Assembly: GCA_002269645.1 (NCBI GenBank)
Contig: NIVC01000003.1
Coordinates: 186,001-250,000 of the forward strand
Direction of reading: 5' to 3'
Source of the DNA: Macrostomum lignano
Taxonomy: Eukaryota
Length of the DNA: 64,000 nucleotides
Shown piece by piece: positions 36,701 to 46,500 of the stretch. The notes under the pieces are model-generated. The model ran no database searches. It saw only the letters and a program-made list of their open reading frames with translations, and was not told the origin of the DNA. Numbering within the stretch: position 1 is the first letter of the stretch; the number at the start of each line of letters is the position of its first letter. Position numbers and translations under genes: made by a program.

Positions 36701-39084
36701 GGTCATGACCTCAGTGCGTCAATCTAATCCCGGGTCATGACCTCAGTGCGTCAATCTAATCCCGGGTCATGACCTCAAGGCGTCAATCTAATCTAATGGT
36801 CGTGACCTCAATGCTGGACTCATCTCCCCATGCCTATCGAAGCTCCCAGATGCCTCTGACTCCGCCCACCGCCATCCGCCCGCCCGCAGACCTACAACTT
36901 GCCAGATGATGCCGACCAAGCCGTCGGGTTTGACGAAGATGCCGGCCTGCGCACCCACCTGGCCAGCGAGCGGGCCCGGGCGTCGCGGGTTCGTGACGAC
37001 GTGCTCGAACCGTTGGATGACCGGTACTACCTGACGCAGCGACAGAGCCAGCACCTGTCCCAGCAGCAGCAGAACTTCGTTCGCACCTCTGCATTTTTGA
37101 ATCCGGCCGCTGCCGCCAAGCCGCTGCCGCTGAGCCGGGAGACCACCTCCAGGGAGCTGGCCCGCCGCGCCTACATCCGCGGGCTCAACCCGTCGCACTA
37201 CGGTGTTTCCATGGACAACTATGATGACGCGCGAATTGAAGAGACGCTGCCGGCTAAGCACAGCAAGGTATGATATTCTCGGGAGTGTGCAGTCACTAAC
37301 CAAACTAACTCTACTCTGGCTATGTATGAAGAAATGAAATTTTTGAAATGTTTAAACATCTCTGTGCCACAAATGTTTACAGTCCTGACTGTTCCAATAG
37401 AATTCGATTATTGGTGTGCTAACAGTCCCGGTACGTGTCTTGATAATAATTAATAACTTATGTTGCGTGCAGTTTTTTATAGATTTGACCTTTTTAATTT
37501 ATCGATCAGTAATGATATTGAAAGGGAAATTGAGACTAATATTCATCTTGATTGTCGAATTAAATCATCTTTAATAATTATTTCATCGATTTCGATCATT
37601 AGCAGTACTTTATTTATTTCTGCTTACTAATTGTGTGCCGCTTGTCTATTCAGCAAAGTTGTCGCATTTTTGCTAACCTTGCTTATCAATCAAATAGCCA
37701 AAGCCCAGCAAGAACAGTCCATCAACTGCCAGCCTCCGGGCGCCGCCTCATCAGCGCGGCACCGGCGGAAGAATCGTTGCTAAAGCGCGCGCCGCTCAGC
37801 CAGCAGCGGTCCGTGTCAATGGGAATCAATATCCATCGATTTTATCATCTCAGCTTTGTGATTTCTGCACTCTATATGTGCCTTAATTGTTCTTTGTTTT
37901 TTATTCTCTATTCTCTATTCTCTAATCTATGAGACATTGCACTAACAATCTTGCCTTAAATTTATTTTTATCTATACTGCCCTTGTCCTCTCGCTCCTTT
38001 GGGGTGGGTGAAGAGCATGGTAGACTGGTCTTGATGGTTGGGTCCACGGTGGGCTGGACTGGACTTGTCCTTAGGACTCGTGGACTCGGGAGCCTGCAGG
38101 CTAAAAATAGAAAATTAGCGGGATTCCCTTCTTGAATTCTATAATAATCGTGAATCCCGTGAATCTTCTTGTCAAATGGCAGCGTCCCAAGATGCCTCCC
38201 AAAAACCCCATACCCCACCCCTGTACCCCGTGAACCCCTCCACTCCTTCCCCCGTAGACACCCACCCCAACTTTTCTCCTTAGACAGCCATCCTCTTGTC
38301 CAATGGCAGCGTCCCAAGACCTCACTCCCTCACCCCTTACCCCTCCCCTCTTACTCCTTACCCCTTACCCGTCACCCCTTACCCCTCACCCCTTACCCCT
38401 CACCCCTTACCCCTCACCCCTTACCCCTCACCCCTTACCCCTCACCCTTACCCCTCACCCCTTACCCTTCACTCCTTACCCTCACCCCTTGGCCCTCATC
38501 CCTTACCCTTCACCCCTTACCCCTCACCCCTTACCCCTCACCCCTTACCCCTTACCCCTCACCCCTTACCCTTCACCCTGTACATAGTGTCCATATGTAC
38601 ATTGCGCCATCGTAACTATACGCTCAGCCGTGAGGGGGGCAGTAATGTACGGTCGATCGAAATTCACCAGCTAGACAGTCAGAAATATAGTTTAAATGAT
38701 TGGTCCCTTTGACGGCTTGTTTCTAATTCTAGCCACTGCTAAAATTACTTAAAAGTACTTAATGCACTCGCGATCTTCTGTACATGACTATCGTTTGCTG
38801 ATGACTTTGTAATTTAATTCTAATTAAATTATATTTTATCGTTTAAAATTGCTATAATACATGGCGAAATACAAAATAATTGTTACTAATTTCTTGCCGA
38901 TCGATTGAACTGAAATTGATAATTTGCTCCCTCAACTGTGCTGCAGGACCCGATTTTCCACCCGGGCCTGGTGAAGGACACGCCGACCGCCAGACAGGAC
39001 GCCATCCTGCAGCAGCTCTCAAACATTAGGCGGGGCCTGCTGGAGAAGCAAAAGGAAATTGAAACCTCTCTGTCCGCCGCCTGA
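24765..39084 (+). CDS. CCDC66: CCDC66-like coiled-coil centrosomal/ciliary protein, multi-exon
   Basis: Phase-consistent exons: 24765-24825, 24920-25258, 25317-25367, 25653-26786, 27066-27468, 27742-28267, 29077-29373, 36890-37267, 37698-37808 (less sure), 38947-39084. Motifs recalled from the CCDC66/CSPP1 family: YDPWGRPGGGAP, RSSFVVGE..RQWLRELDEQRE, EYQDAVRAQVEEKRR, KLLARIQK...DTSNLR, C-terminal RQDAILQQLSNIRRGLLEKQKEIE. Poly-Q tracts present. Confidence 0.78.
26806..27005. repeat. 33-bp minisatellite GGAGCGGGATCCCCTGACTGGAGATTGGGAAGG, ~6 copies
   Basis: 33 nt period in CCDC66 intron 26787-27065. Confidence 0.92.
27458..27725. repeat. 20/22-bp array repeating the exon/intron junction GAGTGCCAA|GTAAGA 13 times
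   Basis: The first copy is the real donor at 27468/27469; 13 CAAGTAAGA counted. Confidence 0.93.
28366..29046. repeat. 79-bp tandem repeat, ~8.6 near-identical copies
   Basis: GCTACTCAA at 28372 and 28451. The unit contains the stem TGCTACT/AGTAGCA. Confidence 0.95.
29393..29870. repeat. 20-bp minisatellite CAGAGATTCCCTGTGTTTGC
   Basis: Starts ~20 nt after the 29373 donor. Confidence 0.95.
30320..31120. repeat. 45-bp minisatellite GCTTGTACCAGCTAGGGCCCCTGCAATATCCTGGTCTAGGGATCA
   Basis: 15-aa periodic shadow ORFs (YQLGPLQYPGLGISL). Confidence 0.95.
31308..35568 (-). CDS. SIDT1: SID-1 transmembrane family protein (SIDT1/2-like, CREST superfamily), 2 exons, ~883 aa, nested antisense in CCDC66 intron 7
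   Basis: ATG at 35568 with signal peptide MLACRCLWPLLLTVASC. Exon 35568-33465 (CAG|GTGAG) joins in phase to exon 31855-31308. Motifs [96 protein letters not shown]. The symbol is family-level. Confidence 0.95.
31898..32260. repeat. 27-bp minisatellite GTGACCCTGGAGGGTCTGGGTGCCTCT in the SID-1 intron
   Basis: Tandem units ending ~40 nt from the SID-1 acceptor. Confidence 0.93.
33010..33306 (-). mobile_element. tRNA-headed CORE-type SINE-like element
   Basis: Minus strand begins GGAGGTTTAGCCTAGTGGTTAAAGCG (A-box-like), then GTGTCCTTGAGCAAGACACTTAACCC and CCCAGCTGTAAAATGGGT, which resemble conserved SINE core segments, and ends in an AT simple-repeat tail. B-box not clear. Confidence 0.6.
36405..36790. 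repeat. 32-bp minisatellite AATCTAATCCCGGGTCATGACCTCAGTGCGTC
   Basis: 32 nt period (TCAGTGCG at 36551 and 36583). Confidence 0.93.
38330..38580. repeat. C-rich 7/8-mer array (CCCCTTA/CCCCTCA), G-quadruplex-prone on the minus strand
   Basis: Runs of GGGG separated by TAA/TGA on the minus strand. Confidence 0.9.
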
Positions 39085-39169
39085 GCTCTGGCTAGCAGAG
39101 ATTTGAGTTGTTTGGATAATTTATTAACCACGATGACCACGCTCATAAGCATGAGCGAAACATGAGCGA

Positions 39170-39170
<1 letters not shown>

Positions 39171-39222
<52 letters not shown>
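39171..39222. repeat. (TTA)n microsatellite in the CCDC66 3' region
   Basis: Perfect trinucleotide run. Confidence 0.95.
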
Positions 39223-39224
<2 letters not shown>

Positions 39225-39994
39225 CCTAAATTCAAGTTTTATCTGCTTGTCCCAATCCGTGTCTCCTTCATTGTATTTCGAATGCCGCTTCCAATTTGAT
39301 GTTTTTCGATGTACCTGTTTCTGTCGATAATGATTTTCTATTTAATTTCTTGCTTTGGATGTACAACGGTGCGGACTCCGTGTAAGTGACTACTGCTGCT
39401 GCTGCTCTGTTGTTTGTCATTCTTTGTATCCGATTTTTATATTTGCTATGAATTTTGTAGGTCCGTCCTGCGTAGAATAGAACAGCGTACAATATTTTTA
39501 TAATATTTTTTAAATTAGTAAACTCTTCCATAGCGCGTCTGTATTTTTATCCTACTATCAGTAGCACAGTGAAGATATGCGTTTATTTATTTTTATTAGC
39601 GTCGACAAAAACCGTTTACCGCTCACATTTCTCTCTCTCTCTCAATCTCTCTCAATCTCTTCAAAAGTATATTTAATAACTCAACTGGTAATGCTGATTG
39701 TTGTGAATTTTTTTTATTTTTGTCTATTTATATTTTGTTCCGTAGTAGGTTTCTATACTTTGTATTCGTACCACTCTATTTGAATCATAGCTTTTTTTAA
39801 CCTGCAACAATTCCAACTGTACATGACAGCAACTGAAATTTTGCCGAGACAATGAAAGTTAAATACAAAGCGAACAAAGTGCTAACAGTGACAAAGTGAC
39901 TTTCCTGACATTCTTTTTTAGACTTTTTAGAATCACCGGGTCGTGCTTCCACCTACATGTACTTAGATCCTCAAGCAGGTCCGTTGCTGCCCTT

Positions 39995-40460
39995 CGAGAT
40001 CCCCAGGCAGTGCCTCCAGCTTCCACAGATCCCCAGACCGTGCCTCCAGCTTCCACAGATCCCCAGGCTATGCCCCCAGCTTCCACAGATCCCCAGGCCG
40101 TGCCTCCAGCTTCCACAGATCCCCAGGCCGTGCCTCCAGCTTCCACAGATCCCCAGGCTATGCCCCCAGCTTCCACAGATCCCCAGGCCGTGCCTCCAGC
40201 TTCCACAGATCTCCAGGCTATGCCCCCAGCTTCCACAGATCCCCAGGCCGTGCCTCTAGCTTCCACAGATCCCCAGGCTGTGCCTCCAGCTTCCACAGAT
40301 CCCCAGGCCGGGTCTCCAGCTTCCACAGATCCCCACCCAGGCCATGCCTCCAGCTTCCACAGATCCCCAGGCTGTGCCTCCAGCTTCCACAGATCCCCAG
40401 GCTGTGCCTCCAGCTTCCACAGATCCCCAGGCCGTGCCCCCAGCTTCCACAGATCTTCAG
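39995..40460. repeat. 30-bp minisatellite GTGCCTCCAGCTTCCACAGATCCCCAGGCC
   Basis: 10-aa periodic shadow ORFs. Confidence 0.94.
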
Positions 40461-40532
40461 ACTGAAGTGCCGCCTTGTGAAGGTGCTTGAGTTGGCGGAG
40501 TCACCTGCTGTTGCCACCTGCTCAAATTGCAG

Positions 40533-43500
40533 GTCGCCGCGCTTCGCCCGCCGCTCCGCTGGCTGCGGACTCGCTGGTGCACCGTCTGCCTACTGGTCTG
40601 CCTGGCCTGCGCTGTCTGCTTACAGCTGCGCACCGAGCTCGGCCGGCGAAAGCTGGTGGCGCACCTGGTCGAGGAGCACCTTCCGGCTGCTCACTCGGTC
40701 CGTCCGATTGTGTACGTCGTTGAGGAGCACCAAGAAGGTGGGCAACAGCAATATCGATGCACCTAGGAAGAGTTTCACTGCGCTGTGATGCTTAGTTTGT
40801 AGGGGAGCTGCGTGCTCATGAACTCCTGAACTCAATCACTAAGTCTTTCATGAACTCAATCACTAAGTCTCTCATGAACTCAATCACTAAGTCTCTCAAT
40901 CACTAAGTCTCTCCTGAACACAATCACTAAGTCTTTCATGAACTCAAACACTAAGTCTCTCAATCACTAAGTCTCTCCTGAACTCAATCACTAAGTCTTT
41001 CATGAACTCAAACACAAAGTCTCTCAATCACTAAGTCTCTCATGAACTCAATCACTAAGTCTCTCAATCAATAAGTCTCTCCTGAACTCAATCACTAAGT
41101 CTTTCATGAACTCAATCACTAAGTCTCTCAATCACTAAGTCTCTCATGAACTCAATCACTAAGTCTCTCAATCACTAAGTCTCTCATGAACTCAATCACT
41201 AAGTCTCTCATGAACTCAATCACTAAGTCTCTCAATCACTAAGTCTCTCGTGAACTCAATCACTAAGTCTTTCATGAACTCAATCACTAAGTCTCTCGTG
41301 AACTCAATCACTAAGTCTTTCATGAACTCAAACACTAAGTCTCTCATGAACTTAATCACTAAGTCTCTCAATCACTAAGTCTCTCATGAACTCAATCACT
41401 AAGTCTCTCAATCACTAAGTCTCTCGTGAACTCAATCACTAAGTCTCTCAATCACTAAGTCTCTCGTGAACTCAATCACTAAGTCTTTCATGAACTCAAT
41501 CACTAAGTCTCTCATGAACTCAATCACTAAGTCTCTCAATCACTAAGTCTCTCAATCACTAAGTCTCTCGTGAACTCAATCACTAAGTCTTTCATGAACT
41601 CAAACACTAAGTCTCTCATGAACTCAATCACTAAGTCTCTCAATCACTAAGTCTCTCATGAACTCAATCACTAAGTCTCTCAATCACTAAGTCTCTCATG
41701 AACTCACTCATGAACTCACTCATGAACTCAATCACTAACTCTCTCATGAACTCAATCACTAAGTCTCTCAATCACTAAGTCTCTCATGAACTCACTCATG
41801 AACTCACTCATGAACTCAATCACTAAGTCTCTCATGAACTCAATCACTAAGTCTCTCATGAACTCAATCACTAAGTCTCTCATGAACTCAATCACTAAGT
41901 CTCTCATGAACTCAATCACTAAGTCTCTCATGAACTCAATCACTAAGTCTCTCATGAACTCAATCACTAAGTCTCTCATGAACTCAATCACTAAGTCTCT
42001 CATGAACTCACTCATGAACTCACTCATGAACTCAATCACTAAGTCTCTCATGAACTCACTCATGATCTCACTCATGAACTCAATCACTAAGTCTCTCATG
42101 AACTCAATCATGAACTTCATCACTAAGTCTCTCGCTCAGTGAATAATGAACTAATGGAAGAGTTCGCAGGCCCACACACAGCTGTGCACCTGCCCTGGCT
42201 TCTCATCGTCATGTGGATACGCAATTTGTGCCTCAGGGTTGGCCCTCATGAATTCAGGGCGGCAATGCGCAGACTTTGATCTTAGCAGCATCCTCATTCC
42301 TCACTAATCCAGCCCTGCTCAAATGGCTGGCCGACGCTCTGCACCGCCGGGGGCCGCGCGGCTCCCGCCTGATGCTGCTGCACATCGACGCGCACTCGGA
42401 CATGTCGCTGCCCCAGCTGGACGGCTTCCCCTACGCCCGGCTGCCGGCCAGCTGGCCCGAGCTGGGCGCCATGGTCGACCGCAACGACGAGTTCATCATG
42501 GTGAGCGGCGATGCCGGGAAACCTCGGAGGGGGGGTTGCAACAGCGAGAGACAGCTGCGCGGGGGCAGGAGTGACAAAGTAGCGTCACATGGTTGGGTAT
42601 TTGAGTGCCAAAAGAGTGACAATTGGAGTGACTTTTCTCACATGAAATGAAATGCTGTCACAATGTCTAGCACACGCTTAGCCTGGGCAGTTAATCAAAT
42701 TTCTCAGTTTTTATTCGCCTGATACCCTTTATGAGTAGCATGTTTATCTACCGGCGCAGGGGCGTCACCATGGTTTTTATGGTGGGTGGACAAAGCCAAG
42801 AATTCTGCATGTACATGACTAAATTTCTACATGTACATTCTTTTCAGAATCAGAGTTGTCGGTGATCATTTTAGCGCCTCAGGCACTCATTTTAGCGCCG
42901 CAGGCACTCATTTTAGCGCCGCAGGCACTCATTTTAGCGCCGCAGGCACCATTTTAGCGCCGCAGGCACACATTTTAGCGCCGCAGACACTCATTTTAGC
43001 GCCGCAGGCACACATTTTAGCGCCGCAGGCACACATTTTAGTGTGTCGTAGGCACTCATTTTAGCGTCGCAGGCACTCATTTTAGCGCCGCAGGCACTCA
43101 TTTTAGCGCCGCAGGCACTCATTTTAGCGCCGCAGGCACACATTTTAGCGCCGCAGGCACACATTTTAGTGTGTCGTAGGCACTCATTTTAGCGTCGCAG
43201 GCACTCATTTTAGCGCCGCAGGCACTCATTTTAGCGCCGCAGGCACACATTTTAGTGTGTCGTAGGCACTCATTTTAGCGCCGCAGGCACTCATTTTAGC
43301 GCCGCAGGCACTCATTTTAGCGCCGCAGGCACACATTTTAGTGTGTCGTAGGCACTCATTTTAGCGCCGCAGGCACTCATTTTAGCGCCGCAGGCACTCA
43401 TTTTAGCGCCGCAGGCACACATTTTAGTGTGTCGTAGGCACTATTTTAGCGCCGCAGGCACTCATTTTAGCGCCGCAGGCACTCATTTTAGCGCCGCAGG

Positions 43501-46500
43501 CACCATTTTAGCGCCGCAGGCACACATTTTAGCGCCGCAGACACTCATTTTAGCGCCGCAGGCACACATTTTAGCGCCGCAGGCACACATTTTAGTGTGT
43601 CGTAGGCACTCATTTTAGCGTCGCAGGCACTCATTTTAGCGCCGCAGGCACTCATTTTAGCGCCGCAGGCACTCATTTTAGCGCCGCAGGCACTCATTTT
43701 AGCGCCGCAGGCACTCATTTTAGCGCCGCAGGCCCGCATTTTAGCGCCGCAGGCCCGCATTTTAGCGCCGCAGGCACTCATTTTAGCGCCGCAGGCACTC
43801 ATTTTAGCGCCGCAGGCACTCATTTTAGCGCCGCAGGCACTCATTTTAGCGCCGCAGGCCCGCATTTTAGCGCCGCAGGCACTCATTTTAGCGCCGCAGG
43901 CACTCATTTTAGCGCCGCAGGCAGTCATTTTAGCGCCGCAGGCACTCATTTTAGCGCCGCAGGCACTCATTTTAGCGCCGCAGGCACTCATTTTAGCGCC
44001 GCAGGCACTCATTTTAGCGCCGCAGGCACTCATTTTAGCGCCGCAGGCACCATTTTTCTCGCCCTGAAGCAAAATTGCTGATTTGCATGACAGGTCAACA
44101 AAGGTGGGGTGGGGGAGACAAAGCATTGGCGTGTCCTTCCATAGATTTTACTGGCGGGGACATGTCCCCCTGTCCCCTGCTCTTATACATTACTCGACAA
44201 ATGGTTCCGAACTTTGATTGCACGCTTTCACCAAAGCTTAGCTGCAGAAATAATGTGCAGCCGTGGAGAGAAGTCAACAATGAGACGTCTTCTGCTGGCT
44301 GGTGTATCGATTTTTGTTTGCCCGCTCGCTCTCCCGGCTCCTAGAGGTTGTTTTGCCGCTGAAAAGCCGGCGGGAAATTGAATCCAGACCGCGGCCACCG
44401 CGCGATCGCTTTCTGTCCCGAACTCCGTCAGCCTCTTTTCTGTCCCAGGCCCCGACCTCGGCCTGCTCTGCCAGTCAACTGGTAAAAGAGCTTAGCAGCG
44501 AAGCCCCCCCCCCAGCGCCTTCTTTACTGCCCAGGCCATCGCGCAGTTAACTCTGTGTGTAATTATGAATATTGATTCCCATGCACCATTTATCTTGTGC
44601 TTTTCTCTCTGTGCTGGCCCGTGTCTGTGTTTCTGTCTCATTTCTCGTGGGAAAGAGAGTGAAAGAGTTGCTATGATGAGGGACTGGGCCGGCTTCCAGC
44701 TCTCAGCTGCTGCAATGCAGCGGAGACTGCGCATGTAGCTAGGTCAGCGCGAATCGCTGCCTCATCATTCCCCAGCTGGGAATTTGCCGAGCCTCGAGCT
44801 CGTCTACTCCCTTGACGCGGGTCTGTCATTATCCGATTCTCCCCTTGTCATTAAAAGCGCCCTCTTCTCTCCAATATCCCCATTTTCACTAATGTCTGCT
44901 CAAGGCGTGACAGGGAAATTTGCAAGCCTGCAGCTTACTAACAGTTTCTGTTATTATGCATCAGTTGTCGTGTTGCAGCAATTCAGCAAAATCTTTGATA
45001 AGAAGTACTAACAAGTGAATCTGTAGTGTCAGGCGAGGGTCATTGGGTGTCAGATGAGTGACAAATCTATAGGGTCTGCGAGGGTCATTGGGTGTCAGAT
45101 GAGTTATAAATCTATAGTGTCTGCGAGGGTCATTGGGTGTCAGATGAGTGATAAATCTATAGTGTCTGCGAGTGTCATTGGGTGTCAGATGAGTGATAAA
45201 TACCATATATAGTGTCTGCGAGGGTCATTGGGTGTCAGATGAGTGACAAATCTATAGGGTCTGCGAGGGTCATTGGGTGTCAGGTGAGTGACAAATCTAT
45301 AGTGTCTGCGAGGGTCATTGGGTGTCAGATGAGTGACAAATCTATAGTGTCTGCGAGGGTCATTGGGTGTCAGATGAGTGACAAATCTATAGTGTCTGCG
45401 AGGGTCATTGGGTGTCAGGTGAGTGACAAATCTATAGTGTCTGCGAGGGTCATTGGGTGTCAGATGAGTGACAAATCTATAGGGTCTGCGAGGGTCATTG
45501 GGTGTCAGGTGAGTGACAAATCTATAGTGTCTGCGAGGGTCATTGGGTGTCAGATGAGTGACAAATCTATAGTGTCTGCGAGGGTCATTGGGTGTCAGGT
45601 GAGTGACAAATCTATAGTGTCTGCGAGGGTCATTGGGTGTCAGATGAGTGACAAATCTATAGTGTCTGCGAGGGTCATTGGGTGTCAGATGAGTGATAAA
45701 TCTATAGGGTCTGCGAGGGTCATTGGGTGTCAGATGAGTGACAAATCTATAGTGTCTGCGAGGGTCATTGGGTGTCAGATGAGTGATAAATCTATTGTGT
45801 CACACGAGGGTCATTGGGTGTCAGATGAGTGATAAATTTATAGGGTCTGCGAGGGTCATTGGGTGTCAGATGAGTGACAAATATATAGTATCACACGAGG
45901 GTCATTGGGTGTCAGATGAGTGATAAATCTATTGAGTCACACGAGGGTCATTGGGTGTCAGATGAGTGATAAATCTATTGATTCACACGAGGGTCATTGG
46001 GTGTCAGATGAGTGACAAATATATAGTATCACACGAGGGTCATTGGGTGTCAGTTGAGTGATAAATCTATTGAGTCACACGAGGGTCATTGGGTGTCAGA
46101 TGAGTGATAAATCTATTGTGTCTGCGAGGATTATTGGGTGTCAGATGAGTGACAAATATATAGTATCACACGAGGGTCATTGGGTGTCAGATGAGTGACA
46201 ATCTGTATGTCACCAGAGTACTATCAGTTACGGAGATGCAGCGCCCCTTGATGTTGCCACCCAGTGACCAAGTGAGGCTGTGCCGACAGCGCCATCTGGC
46301 ACCCAATATTGCCAATTGGTTGCCAAATCCGGCAGCAATTTTTTGCTCATCAAAAATATTGACGCTCAAAAATTTAATGCTGATTTTATTCTCTCATTCT
46401 TTCCCCGGGCAATTGCGAATGCGAACCGGAATTGCTTTTTTTAAAGCGAAGGAAATTGCAGCTATCAGGCCAGAGCTCCGCATGCTGCACAATGCAGTTC

